NCBI RefSeq assembly: GCF_004010195.1
Contig: NC_057752.1
Coordinates: 4,174,966-4,226,021, forward strand
DNA length: 51,056 nucleotides
Direction: 5' to 3'
Source: Chiloscyllium plagiosum
Taxonomy: Eukaryota
The notes under the pieces were generated by a model, which searched no databases, was not told the origin of the DNA, and saw only the letters and a program-made list of their open reading frames with translations. Of the stretch, positions 1-11,619 are shown piece after piece. The first letter of the stretch is position 1; each line of letters opens with the position of its first letter. Made by a program: the position numbers and the translations under genes.

Positions 1-509
1 TGGCTCAACACTTCAACTCCCCCTCCCACTCCACCAAGGACATGCAGATCCTTGGACTCCTCCATCGCCAGACCATAGCAACACGACAGCTGGAGGAAGA
101 GCACCTCGTCTTTCGCCTAGGAACCCTCCAACCACAAGGGATGAACTCCAGTTTCTCCAGTTTCTTCATTTCCCCTCCCCCCACCTGGTCTCAGTCCCAA
201 CCCTCAAACTCAGCACCACCTTCCTAACCTGCAATCTTCTTCCTGACCTCTCCGCCCACTCCCCCCACTCCGGCCTATCACCGTCACGTTAACCTCCTTC
301 CACCTATCTCATTTCCAATGCCCCTCCCCCAAGTCCCTCCTCCCTACCTTTTATCTTAGCCTGCTTGGCACACTTTCCTCATTCCTGAAGAAGGGCTCAT
401 GCCCGAAACGTTGATTCTCCTGCTCCTTGGATGCTGCCTGACCTGCTGCACTTTTCCAGCAACACATTTTCAGCTCTGACCTCCAGCATCTGCAGTCCTC
501 ACTTTCTCC
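1..509 (+). mobile_element. Penelope-like element 3' part (end of GIY-YIG ORF plus terminal pLTR), family B
   Basis: Translates AQHFNSPSHSTKDMQILGLLH...EEEHLVFRLGTLQPQGMN, typical of a PLE C-terminus. A C-rich tract and a hammerhead-bearing terminus follow; the terminus recurs elsewhere in the window. Confidence 0.8.
381..416 (+). ncRNA. Minimal hammerhead ribozyme motif (PLE type)
   Basis: CTGAAGA-A-GGGC(TCAT)GCCC-GAAACGTT: conserved core, 4-bp stem II, palindromic ACGT stem III; stem I is weak. Confidence 0.65.
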
Positions 510-510
510 G

Positions 511-1640
511 AGCAAAGTTAGATCTCATGGAATACAGGGAGAACTAGCCATTTGGATAAAGAACTGGCTCAAAAGGTAGAAGACAGGGTGGTGGTGGAGG
601 GTTGTTTTTCAGACTGGAGGCCTGTGACCAGTGGAGTGCAACAAGGATCAGTGCTGGGTCCTCTACTTTTTGTCATTTACATAGATAATATAGATGCGAG
701 CATAAGAGGTACAGTTGGTAAGTTTGCAGATGACACCAAAATTGGAGCTGTAGTAGACAGTGAAGAGGGTTACCTCAGATTACAACAGGATCTGGACCAG
801 ATGGGCCAATGGGCTGAGAAGTGGCAGATGGCGTTTAATTTAGATAAATGTGAGGTGCTGCATTTTGGGAAAGCAAATCTTAGCAGGACTTATACACTTA
901 ATGGTATGGTCCTAGGGAGTGTTGCTGAACAAAGAGACCTTGGAGTGCAGGTTAATAGCTCCTTCAAAGTGGAGTCGCAGGTAGATAGGATAGTGAACAA
1001 GGCATTTGGTATGCTTTCCTTTATCGGTCAGAGTGTTGAGTACAGGAGTTGTGAGATCATGTTGTGGCTGTACAGGACATTGGTTAGGCCACTGTTGGAA
1101 TATTTCTTGCAATTCTGGTCTCCTTCCTATCGAAAAGATGTTGTGAAACTTGAAAGGATTCAGAAAAGATTTACAAGGATGTTACCAGGGTTGGAGGATT
1201 TGAGCTATAGGGAGAGGTTTAACAGGCTGGGGCTGTTTTCCCTGGAGCATCGGAGGCTGAGGGTGACCTTACAGAGGTTTACAAAATTATGAGAGGCATG
1301 GATAGGGTAAATAGGCAAAGTCTTTTCCCTGGGGTGGGGGAGTCCAGAACTGGAGGGCATAGGTTTAGGGTGAGAGGGAAAAGATATAAAAGAGACTTAA
1401 GGGGCAACTTTTTCACACAGAGGGTAGTACGAGTATGGAATGAGCTGCCAGAGGATGTGGTGGAGGCTGGTACAATTGTGACATTTAAGAGGCATTTGGA
1501 TGGGTATATGAATAGGAAGAGTTTGGAGGGATATGGGCCGGGTGCTGGCAGGTGGGACTAGATTGGGTTGGGATATCTGGTCGGCATGGACGGGTTGGAC
1601 CGAAGGGTCTGTTTCCATGCTGTACATCTCTATGACTGTA
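511..1640 (+). mobile_element. CR1 LINE, 5'-truncated (RT C-terminal half and 3' UTR)
   Basis: ORF 552-1292 has [20 protein letters not shown] and LERIQKRFTRMLPG; frameshift into 1289-1561; ends in a ctctatgact tail. Confidence 0.95.
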
Positions 1641-2364
1641 ATTTCCCATATATTGCCTCCCTCCCTTTTTGAATAAGGGTGTTACATTAGCAATAAGCCT
1701 GGAGTCCCTTTGGTGTGCTGCTGCTGCAGAACTATATCGCCATTCTTCGGCGCCATCTTGTCTCGACCGGCAACGCAGCCACCACGAATCTGTGCTGGAC
1801 TGATCTCAGCATATCAGCTATCACTAAAGCTGCCGGGTCCCGCACTGAGCACAAACCTGCCTCCCTCTGCCACTGCTCTGACACAAACTCATCTCCTTCC
1901 GCTACCGTCACTGGGAACAAACCTTGCCTCCAATGCGCTGGACACCTTGATGCTGTCAAAGCTCTCCACAAAAGAAAGGTTAAAAGTTTTTTGAAAAAAT
2001 AGTGAAAGAAGAAAAAAATGGAAAAGCAGCCGTAGCAGATGAGCTCTGGGCTCAGGAGCCCACACAACTGAACAGCTTCCCACCATCAAATCAGCATGAC
2101 CTTTTAGGTTTTAACTATTATCAGCCACCAGTAACTCATCCATGTCAGCAATTTAAACATTTACATGCAAAGCCCATTAAAGACAGGACAAACCATCAAA
2201 GTGATGATGGGTTGGGGCTGGGTTTGCTATACTTTTTTTCTCTCTTTTCCAGAAGTGTTACTACATACAACAAAACAGCTTGACTCTACCAAATCACCAG
2301 GACATCTTTTCATTTTTTTTAAACTATTAATTGCTGGGTCTTCTTTATTTTCTAATCAACCTGT

Positions 2365-2575
2365 TTTGAGACGTTATTATGTATCTCTGGAGAAGGCAGG
2401 ACTTGAAACTGGGATTTCTGGATCAGTGATAGGGACTCTACCACTATTCGACAAGAGTCCTTGGGTCAGCTTTGTACGTTTTTTTAAAAAATCAACTATT
2501 TAAAGATGTTATTACACACTTCTGGAGCAGGTGGGACTTGAACACAGGTCTCCTGGACCAGAGATAGGGAAGGGG
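2365..2575 (-). repeat. Two tandem tRNA-derived SINE-head-like fragments
   Basis: Two copies of ctggag..ag(c/t)(a/g)ggacttgaa; the minus strand gives B-box-like gttcaagtcc and one A-box-like agtggtagagt. Confidence 0.4.
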
Positions 2576-3434
2576 TCTGCTTTGCTGTTTTTTTCACCTA
2601 GGGGTGCTATTACTGACAACTGAGTGACATTACCACTACCAAAACTACTGTGACTTTGTTTTCTGTGATTTTTTTCCTTTCAACTACCACCAATAAAACA
2701 CCTGTGTAGCCAATTAATGGGTCTTGTTTCATGTTTTTCTTCACACACAACTGAGCGACCTTCTCACTACCAAAATTACTGTGACTGTTTTCTTTGTGCT
2801 TTTTCTTCAATTCATAACCACAACCAGTAAAATCACCTGTGTAGCAAATCAATGTTAACATGCAAAGCACATTATGAGCAATGAAAACCAAAGGTGAGGG
2901 GGAGAAGGGAGAGATGGAAGGGGCAAAATCAAAATAGAGTTGGAGGGGGAAATAAAGTACTGTATCCTCGGCAGTAAAGAGGGTCTGCTTTTTTTCTTTT
3001 TATTTCTCTATCTCGAAGTGTTGGCACACATAACTGAATGGCCTTCCCACCATCAAATCTCAGTGACTGTTTTCTTTGCGTTTTTTCTTCAACTAATAAC
3101 CACAACCAGTAAAATCACCATGTAGCCAATTCAATATTTACAAGCAAAATTCATTACGGGTAATGGAAACCAAAGATGAGGGGAAGAGAGGGAAGGGACT
3201 AAATCAAAGTGGAGTTGAAGGGGAAATAAAGCACTGGATCTCCCCCAGTGACCACCTTTCTCTAAATACAATGAGAACATTGGTGGACACCACGTGCTCC
3301 CTCTCCAATGACACTCAAGGATAAACATAAAAGGGTCTGCTTTTTTTTGACACAGAAGTGTTAGGTTTGTGCGAAGATTTGTAGCTCGGATGCTCGTTGT
3401 TGTGGTTCTGTTCGCCGAGCTGGGAATTTGTGTT

Positions 3435-3474
3435 GCAGACGTTTCGTCCCCTGGCTAGGTGACATCCTCAGTGC
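3435..3474 (-). ncRNA. Minimal hammerhead ribozyme motif
   Basis: Reverse complement reads GCA-CTGAGGA-T-GTCACCTAGCCAGGGGAC-GAAACGTC-TGC. Confidence 0.8.
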
Positions 3475-3792
3475 TTGGGAGCCTCCTTTGAAGCGATTCT
3501 GTGATCTTTTCTCCGGCATTTATAGTGGTTTGAATCTGCTGCTTCCGGTTGTCAGTTCCAGCTTTCCGCTGCAGTGGCCGAACTATTATAGGACAAGCCA
3601 AACAGAGAACAGCCAGGGAATTCCTAGAGGCATGGCACTCATCCACAGATTCAATCAGTAAATACATCGATCTGGACCCAATATACCGGCCACTGCAGCG
3701 GAAAGCTGGAACTGACAACCGGAAGCGGCAGATTCAAACCACTATAAATGCCGGAGAAAAGATCACAGAAGCGCTTCACAGGAGGCTCCCAA

Positions 3793-3832
3793 GCACTGAG
3801 GATGTCACCTGGACAGGGGACGAAACGTCTGC
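3793..3832 (+). ncRNA. Minimal hammerhead ribozyme motif
   Basis: GCA-CTGAGGA-T-GTC.CCTG(GA)CAGG.GAC-GAAACGTC-TGC: stem I GCA/TGC, intact core, GUC cleavage triplet. Confidence 0.8.
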
Positions 3833-4507
3833 AACACAAATTCCCAGCTCGGCAAACAGAACCACAACACAGAAGTATTATCACACACAAATGAATAACC
3901 TCCTAACCACCAAAATCACTGTGACTTCTTTTTTTTTTAAAAGTAATAGCAACCAGCAAGTCATCGGTGTAGTCAATTGAATATGTACATGCAAACCATC
4001 AAAAGTGAAAGAGAGTGAAGGATTGAGTCAAAATGAAATTGGAGGAGGAAATAAAGCACGGAATCTGCTCTATTTTTTGTTCTACTCAGAAGTGTTACCA
4101 CACATAACTGACCTTCCCATCGCCAAAATCAGCATTGCTTTTTTTTCTGCTTTTTTTTAAACTAATAGCCACCACCAGTAAATCACTCATGTATCCAATT
4201 GAGTATTTACAAGCAAAACCCATTATGGTTAATGCAAACTATCAATGGTGAGGAGAGGCAGGGAGAGTAGAAAGGGACTAAATCAAAATGGAGTTGGAGG
4301 TGGAGATAAAACACGGGATCTGCTTTTGTTTTGTTTATTTTATACCCAGAGGTGCTATTATGCACAACTGAGCAATTTTCCCACCACCAAAGTCATTGCG
4401 ACTTTTTTTGTTTTTTTAACTAATAACTAGTTCTAATAAAATTTACTCGTAAGGTTGCCTCTCATACTGCTATATTCCAATGAGTACAGGCCCCATTTAC
4501 TCAACCT

Positions 4508-4835
4508 AGACTTAGATTACATTACATTACATTACATTACAGTGTGGAAACAGGCCCTTCGGCCCAACAAGTCCACACCGACCCGCCGAAGCGAAACCCA
4601 CCCATACCCCTACATTTACCCCTTACCTAACACTACGGGCAATTTAGTATGGCCAATTCACCTGACCCTGCACATCTTTGGACTGTGGGAGGAAACCGGA
4701 GCACCCGGAGGAAACCCACGCAGACACGGGGAGAACGTGCAAACTCCACACAGTCAGTCGCCTGAGGCGGGAATTGAACCCGGGTCTCTGGCACTGTGAG
4801 GCAGCAGTGCTAACCACTGTGCCACCGTGCCGCCC
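4508..4835 (-). mobile_element. tRNA-derived V-SINE (HE1-like), near full length
   Basis: Minus strand has A box tggcacagtgg, B box ggttcaattcc, V-domain tgtgtggagtttgcacgttctccccgtgtctgcgtgggtttcctcc, a CR1-like 3' end and a (tgtaa)n tail. Confidence 0.9.
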
Positions 4836-4844
4836 GTACTTCTG

Positions 4845-5078
4845 AGACAGTATGGTGGTTCAGTGGTTAGACTACTACCTCACAGTACCAGGGACCCAGG
4901 TTCAATTCCAGCCTTGGGCAACTGTCTGCGTGGAGTTTGCATTCTCCCTGTGTCTGTGTGGGTTTCCTCCCACAGTCCAAAGATGTGCAGGTGGAAGGGT
5001 GAGTTACTCTTTGGAGGGTCGGTGTGGACTTGTTGGGCTGAAGGGCCTGTTTCCACTCTGTAGGGACTCTATTCTAAG
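4845..5078 (+). mobile_element. V-SINE (HE1-like) with internal deletions
   Basis: B box ggttcaattcc, V-domain and gggcctgtttccactctgt tail; lies head-to-head with the previous copy. Confidence 0.85.
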
Positions 5079-5519
5079 ACAGCCCCTCCATACCTGATAT
5101 CTACCTAGTGCATCTTCTATGAACTGTCCTCAATGCCAGTGAGGATAAGGGGACTAAAACTGTTCACAGTATTCCAGCTGTCACCTAACTAGGCCTTGTA
5201 GTTCTAAATTATTAATACCCCCACCAAACAAAAATCTATTGATCACAATTTTGAAATTTTCAATTGACTTCCATTGATGCAACCAATGGCGTGAGCTCCC
5301 ATATGAAGCTCTGATAGAATGGCAGGGAGACAGATCTTATGCGGTGCCAGCCATAGTGTCAGTGAGAAAATCTTAATTCCTGATTCTATCGGATGTTCAT
5401 CCCCACCGCCCCCTCTCACCCCCTCATGCACCACCCAGTCTTTAACAGAATGTACTGAGGTTTCTAGACTTGAGGCAACATCATCTCAGAAGCTACTGGA
5501 GGCCCTTATTAATATATCT

Positions 5520-6235
5520 ATGGAGAAATGGTAGCATAGTGGTAAGGTTACTGATATGTAATCTAAGAAATGTAAATTTAAATGGCAGCAGGTGAATTTT
5601 AAATTAAATTGATAAAAATCTGGAATTGAAAAGTAAATGTGATAATAATTACCATAAAACTGTCATCAATTGCCATAAAAATCTATGTCGTAAAAAAAAT
5701 CATCCTTAAACCTCCCCCCCCCCCCCCCCCCCCCGCCCCCGAGGCTGGTCTGGCCTCCATATGATCCTCACAGTAATGTGATTGAATCTTAAAATAAAAC
5801 AAGTACTGTGGATACTGGAGATCTGAAACAATCAAAACAGAAATCACTGGAGAAACTTAGGAGGTCTGGCAACATCTGTGGAAAGCAAACAGAGTTGACA
5901 TTTCGAGTCCAGTGGCTATTCTTCAGAACGGTATACTTGGAAGAGATGTTGCAGTTAATTAAACATTAAAATAAAGAACTTTTTAATGCAAAGATCTGAA
6001 ACAAACAAAACAGAAATTGCTGGTGAAACCCGGCACAATCTGAAGAAGGATCGCTGGACTCGAAATGTTAACTCTACTTTCTCTCCACAGATGCAGTCAG
6101 AACTATTGAGTTTCTCCAGAAATTTCTGTTTTCTTTTAGTTGAATCTTAACTGCCTGTTGTTGGCCCAGCAAGTCACTCAATCCAATTCAAGAGCAAATG
6201 CTGGACTTGAACCCGTACCCACACCTCATGAAAAT
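5520..6235 (+). mobile_element. Old SINE with a LINE-derived tail, interrupted by a PLE-derived insert
   Basis: Head ggtagcatagtggtaagg, body aaaatctggaattgaaaag and tail gcaaatgctggact; related copies at ~14935, 35240 and 45385. Confidence 0.55.
5793..6139. mobile_element. PLE-derived composite/fold-back insert (family D) with degenerate hammerheads on both strands
   Basis: tttcgagtccagtggctattcttcag (-, ~5901-5926) and ctgaagaaggatcgctggactcgaaa (+, ~6040-6065); flanked by the repeat ttgaatcttaa. Confidence 0.6.
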
Positions 6236-7159
6236 AGTATATACCTACTTATAAATTCTACTATTACAGATTCAGGAGACAGTGACTTGTAAATGTTGCA
6301 AGGAATTTGATATCATTCAGATCTGTGAAGAATTTAAAAGTCAATGCAAAAATCTAGACTTAAGCTTTAATGATGTAGCAATATATTAGGAAAGACCATT
6401 GCAGTCCGTCGTACAGTTTTTTTTTATCACGAAAAATATTGGTTGGGCATTTAAACAGCCTTAATCCCACCTGCAAACTGTTTCAATTCCACAGATGTTT
6501 GCACAAAGCCTTTAATGTTTCTGTCCTGAGCCCTTTTTTGTAATTTGATTCAATAAAGGTAATATTTATTTTCCATTCCTTCGTTCACCTGTTTTAGGGC
6601 TGTTCTCACAAGTGTGTTAACTAAGAACCAACAGAACGTGAAGTATACTTTGGAACAAGTCTGCATTTGAAGATAAAATAAACAGAATGTGCTGGAAATA
6701 ATCAGCAGGTCAAGTAACATCTACAGAGAGAGATGGTTTAAGTCGATTCATTAGAACTGATAAAGACCTGAATCATTAACGCTGGGCTGAATTTTCCAGA
6801 CTTGCCAACGTTGCAAGTAGAGATGAAAAATTACAATCATGAATGCATAAGTAACCCACATCTGTTGCTTCCAACAAAGGTAGCAAACCAACCTGTGCTG
6901 GCTGATGATTTGTGTGAAAGCTGCATGCAACCACTGAATTCCTCATCAGGGGAGCATCACTTAAAGCTAGCCTACACTGCTTAAAGTCAGCCTGTAGCTC
7001 TTAAAAGGTGTGGTACATTCTGACTGCAGCAGGTGCTGGAACTGCTTGCAGAAGAGAGTGACCCCTACTCTGTTCATCACATCATTAGTGGCTATTTCTT
7101 CAATCTATCTTGGCCTTGAACTCTAGAATTCTTTCCCCAAGCCCATCCACCATCTCACA

Positions 7160-7530
7160 GTCACAGAATTGTTACAGCACAGAAGAAGGCCATCAGCCTG
7201 TCATGCCTGCACCATCTTTTCAAATGAGCATCACTACCTAGAGCCTTTCTGCCTATACCCTTCCACACTATATCTATCCAAATAGTTCAATTCCCTGCTG
7301 AATGCCTGAATTGACCCTGCCTCCATTGCATTTCCAGGCTGTGCGTTCCATAACCTAACTACTTGCTCTGTTAAAAAGATTTTTTTCATATCACTCTTGC
7401 TCCTTTTGCATATCACTTTAAATCTATGACCTCATGTTCTTGTTCCTTTTACAAGTGGATACAGTTTCAGCTATCCAGTTTTTCTAGCCCGCTCCTGATT
7501 TTGAAAACCTCTATCAGATGTCCTCTCTCC
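7160..7530 (-). mobile_element. Old CR1 3' fragment
   Basis: Minus ORF IFLTEQVVRLWNAQPGNAMEAGSIQAF matches the CR1 ORF2 C-terminus. Confidence 0.75.
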
Positions 7531-8519
7531 TGCTTTAAGGGTTGCTTTCAACCAACTCCCTGGCCCAGCTTCACTTGTTTAGTCTCCTTTTGTAGCTTGG
7601 CATCTATTTTTGTCATTTAAAGTATCTATGTAAAGCTTCTGTGAATTGTCTTGGCGTATTACTGCATTATACACTGTATAAATGTAAGTTATTGTTGTTG
7701 AAACCTGTTTGAAAATAACATGGGAAAAGGTGTTCAGTGTTGAAAGCTATAGCCATTACAATCAGTCATTGGATCAGAACTGAACAGTGAATCAAGTTCC
7801 ACAAGATGCCTGCTAGGGGTTTAAGCTCAGCAAGCTTTCCAGTGTGATCTTCAAGTGCTTCTGACAAAAACAATGGACAAAGATTCACAGATACTTCTTT
7901 AATTGTTGTAAAACACTGCACTAATTGTGTTAATTAGATGCAAAGATTTACGTCCTGACTTATGGTATTTCCAACAGATGCACTACAGTTTCACTACTAA
8001 AAATCACTCCCAATACATTACAGGCATCTGTCTAAGTGGCAAAAAGATTTTGTTGGGTGGAGTTTAAATTAGGATTTACTTGTCTGATCCAGCAATTTCA
8101 CTGAAAATAATTGTTTGAGTTTGGCACTTTATAGCAACAGATAATTCAAAACAGTGGGGTGGAAGGGCTGAGGGAATGAAAGAAGCTGGTGGAGTGAACA
8201 AAGAATGCTTTGTGTACATGTAAAGAATTGTGTGTTTCAAGCTGTCTTTCTAGTTTGTGGAAGAACAATGATGCTAGCAGCCTTCAAGATAAGAGGCTCT
8301 GCCAGAATTAATAGTAGTGGGAGCCAGTTATACCTTGTTGACAAATATTAAGGTAGAGATTTGGAATGGTTAGAAGGAAATACTGATAGGATTGGATAAA
8401 GAGGTGTGGGAGGAAGCTTATATAGATATAAACAACAGCAGAGACTATTAAAATAAAAGCAAAAAACAAACCCTGCAAAATCGGGAAATCTGAAATAAAA
8501 ACAGAAAGTGCTGGCAAGA

Positions 8520-9320
8520 CTAATTTAGATAAATTGCAAGGTGCTGCATTTTGGAAAAACAAATCAGAGTAGGACTTTCCACTTAATGGTAAGGTCCTGT
8601 GGAGTGTTGCTGAATAAAGAGACCTTGGGTTCATAGCTCCTTGAAAGTGGAGTCGCAGGTAGATAGGATAGTGAAGCAGGCATTTGGTATGCTTTCCTTT
8701 ATTGGTCAGGGTATTGAGTACAGGAGTTGGGAGGTCATGTTGCGGCTGTACAGGACATTGGTTAGGCCACTGTTGGAATATTTCTTGCAATTCTGGTCTC
8801 CTTCCTATCGGAAGGATGTTGTGAAACTTGAAAGGGTTCAGAAAAGATTTACAAGGAAGTTGCCAGGGTTGGAGGATTTGAGCTATAGGGAGAGGCTGAA
8901 TAGGCAGAGGCCGTTTTCCCTGGAGTGCCGGAGGCTGAGGGGTGACCTTATAGAGGTTTATAAAATCATAAGGGGAATGGACAGGATAAATAGACAAAGT
9001 CTTTTCCCTGGGGGTGGGGAGTCCAGAACTAGAGGGCATAGGTTTAGGGTGAGAGGGGAAAGATATAAAAGAGAAACCTATGGGGCAACTTTTTCACGCA
9101 GAGGGTGGTACGTGTATGGAATGAGCTGCCAGAGGATGTAGTGGAGGCCGGTACAGTTGCAACATTTAAGAGGCATTTGGATGTGTATATGAATAGGAAG
9201 GGTTTGGAGGGATATGGGCCGGATGCTGGCAGGTGGGACTTGATTAGGTTAGGATAGGTGGTTGGCATGGATGAGTTAGACCGAAGGGTGTCTCCGTGCT
9301 GTACATCTCTATGACTCTAA
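8520..9320 (+). mobile_element. CR1 LINE 3' fragment
   Basis: ORF 8641-9141 has LYRTLVRPLLEY..LERVQKRFTR; near-identical to the 511-1640 family; ctctatgactct tail. Confidence 0.95.
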
Positions 9321-9534
9321 GACTCAGTAAGTCTGTCTGCATCTGTGGAGAGAGAACGTATTGAGTTGAATATGACTCTTCTTGGGTTCTAAGTAGGAGG
9401 AACGCAGAAGTCGTGGAGGGTTGTAGTGCTGAAAGACAGTGCAGCGATACAGAAAGTAGAGACCATGGAGAGATCTGAAAATCAGCATGTATTGCAATAT
9501 TAGGCAATGCCAGACTGACAGCCAATGTGGATCG

Positions 9535-9852
9535 GTGAGTAGGAACAGGAATAGGCCATTCAGTCCCTTGAGCCTGTTCTGCTATTAGTGAGATCATGGC
9601 TAATCTGTGGCCTAACTCCATATACCTGCCTTTGGCCCATATCCATTAATACCTTAGTCTAACAAAAAGTTATTTATCTCAAATTTAAACATTCATTACT
9701 GATCCAGCATCTACTGCGATTTGTAGAAGAGAGTTGCAAGCCTCTACCACCCTCTGTGTTCAGAGGTGCTTCCTAACATCTCTCCTGAATGATCTGACCC
9801 TAATTCCCAGATTATGTCCCCCAGTTCTAGAATCCCCAACCAGTGGAAATAG
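9535..9852 (-). mobile_element. CR1 3' end (different subfamily)
   Basis: Minus strand has gaagcacctctgaacacagagggtggtagag..tggatatgggccaaaggcagg..gaatggcctattcctgttcct. Confidence 0.75.
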
Positions 9853-10320
9853 GTTGTAAGTTTGCTCACTGAGCTGGGAGATTTGTTCTCAGATGTTTCG
9901 TCATCATACTAGGTAACATCATCAGTGAGCCTCTGCTGGTGTTCTGTCCCTCTTACTATTTATCTGTCTCGGCTTGTTGTGGTAGGGGATATCATTTCCG
10001 GTTTTGTTTCTGAGAGGTTGGCAAATGAGGTCCAAATATATATGTTTGTTAATGGAGTTCCAGTTTTAATGCCAGGCCTTTAGGAATTCCTGTGCGTGTC
10101 TTTGTTTAGCCTGTCCCAGGATGGATGTATTTTCAAAGTCGAATCAGTGTCTCTCTTCGCCTGTGTGTATGGATACCAGTGATAGTTGGTCATGTCTTTT
10201 GGTGGCTACTTGGTCATGTATCCTGGTGGCTAGCTTCCTGCCCGTTTGTCCAATGTAGTGTCTGTTGTGGTCCTTGCAGGGTATTTTATATATGATGTTC
10301 ATTCTGCTGGTTGTTGGTAC
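9853..10320 (-). mobile_element. Penelope-like element 3' fragment with GIY-YIG and degenerate hammerhead (9888-9929)
   Basis: IIYKIPCKDHNRHYIGQTGRKLATRI; reverse complement CTCA-CTGATGA-T-GTTACCTAGTATGATGAC-GAAACATC-TGAG. Confidence 0.85.
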
Positions 10321-10349
10321 AAGATCCTTTAAATTCATCACTTCACTGG

Positions 10350-10525
10350 AAGGGGCAGTTAGTATAAATATAGGCAAGCTATGTTGCCGCTTTATAGAAC
10401 TTTAGTTAGGCCACACTTGGAATATTGTGTACAGTTCTGGTCACCACACTACCAGGAGGATGTGGATGCTTTGGAAAGGGTATAGACATGGTTTACCAGG
10501 ATGTTGCCTGGTATGGGGGATTTTA
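10350..10525 (+). mobile_element. CR1 RT fragment
   Basis: Translates MLPLYRTLVRPHLEYCVQFWSPHY. Confidence 0.85.
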
Positions 10526-11012
10526 GATTTTTTTAATCAAATTATTTTTTAATCAAAGGTGTGTTATGACATCTCTGGATACTACCACTGTGCCACAAGA
10601 ACTTTTGTTCCATCTTCTATGATTTTCACAAGTGGTATGATGAGATTCTCATTAGGCAATGGTGTGATGCCAACTGACAGTCATTATTGTTTGTTAAACA
10701 TCTTGTTAATACCACAACATACCTCATCAATATTCAGAGTACCATTTTATCAAATGTGCCAAATAAACCAGACGTGGCGAAAACTCAACAAGAAATCAAA
10801 ATGAGCATCTGGTGGATTCGGCTTGCTCTAAATGATGTCCACGTTGGAACCCAGGCACCAACATCTAAGGGCACCTTACACAGGCACTGGCTACACACAC
10901 CCCATACACGAGCGTAGGTCTGATGCCAATCTCTCAGAATCCTCAAGGCACAGTTGCAATCCACTTATAGGATACTTCAATGCTGCACCTCGGGCTGCAT
11001 CAGCAACAATCA

Positions 11013-11181
11013 GGGAACAGGAGAATCGACGTTTCGGGCATAAGCCCTTCTTCAGGAATGAAGAAGGGCTTATGCCCGAAACGTCGATTCTCCTGTTCCC
11101 TGGATGCTGCCTGACCTGCTGCGCTTTTCCAGCAACACATTTTCAGCTCTGATCTCCAGCATCTGCAGACCTCACTTTCTC
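11013..11181. mobile_element. Fold-back PLE terminus (family B) with 15-bp TSD
   Basis: Perfect inverted repeat cagggaacaggagaatcgacgtttcgggcataagcccttcttca and its complement. TSD catcagcaacaatca at 10998-11012 and 11182-11196. Hammerhead intact on - (11024-11059); the + copy lacks the first core C. Confidence 0.9.
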
Positions 11182-11619
11182 CATCAGCAACAATCATAAT
11201 GGCACAGCAAAAACACTGTGCTCAGGGACATGCACCCAATTTGCAGACTCTGCTAGGCTGCTTCTCCAGGCTCTTTGCTTGCTATCATAGCAATTACTCA
11301 CGGAGCCTCCCTAGATTCTCACAGCATCTGACTTGTATTGCCTTGCCTTTTTGCAGTTTGCTCCCTCTGCCAGACATATCAGATTCTTATTACTGATTCA
11401 GAAGAGTTACTGGACTCGAAATGTTAACTCTTCTTTCTGTCCACAGATACTGCCAGACCCACTGGGTTTCTCCAGCTATTTAAGTTTTTATTTCAGATCT
11501 TCAGCATCTGCATTTCTTTGATTTGTCATGACTGCTGTCATTCCATTTACTGCAGCCACAAAGCTAGGATACCTTATTGTAGTTGTAAGCGGGCCTCAGT
11601 CATGTCAAAGGGTTCCTAA

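Larger units (their letters stand above)
3364..3866. mobile_element. Fold-back PLE insertion (family A) with 14-bp TSD
   Basis: 3364-3580 is an inverted copy of the terminus found in 3581-3866. The right arm encodes IIGQAKQRTAREFLEAWHS (PLE C-terminus). TSD acacagaagt(g/a)tta at 3350-3363 and 3867-3880. Confidence 0.9.
2060..4440. repeat. Degenerate tandem array, unit ~220-340 bp, about 7-8 partial copies
   Basis: Recurrent blocks agaagtgtta..cacaactga..cccaccaccaaaatc..ccagtaaaatcac..gtagccaatt..aaatcaaaatggagttggagg..aaataaagcac at ~2060, 2610, 2745, 3015, 3870, 4090 and 4350. Confidence 0.8.

Noticed and set aside
552..1292. RT ORFs as a retron, DGR or other prokaryotic RT system
   Set aside because: Motifs and 3' tails are those of decayed vertebrate CR1 LINEs, present in many copies.
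2060..4440. CRISPR-like array
   Set aside because: Units are long and degenerate, the intervening parts are homologous to each other, there are no cas genes, and the context is eukaryotic.
4760..4835. tRNA gene
   Set aside because: The A/B boxes belong to a SINE head followed by a V-domain.
5714..5740. Poly-C run as a functional G-quadruplex
   Set aside because: A simple homopolymer inside an old SINE, with unreliable length.
6597..6670. Plus-strand exon AVLTSVLTKNQQNVKYTLEQ
   Set aside because: Good acceptor, but weak donor, no homology and no partner exons.
8308..9039. 243-aa minus-strand ORF
   Set aside because: Antisense shadow of a CR1.
10550..10990. Harbinger DDE transposase next to the Myb/SANT relic
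   Set aside because: I could not find convincing transposase motifs on either strand.
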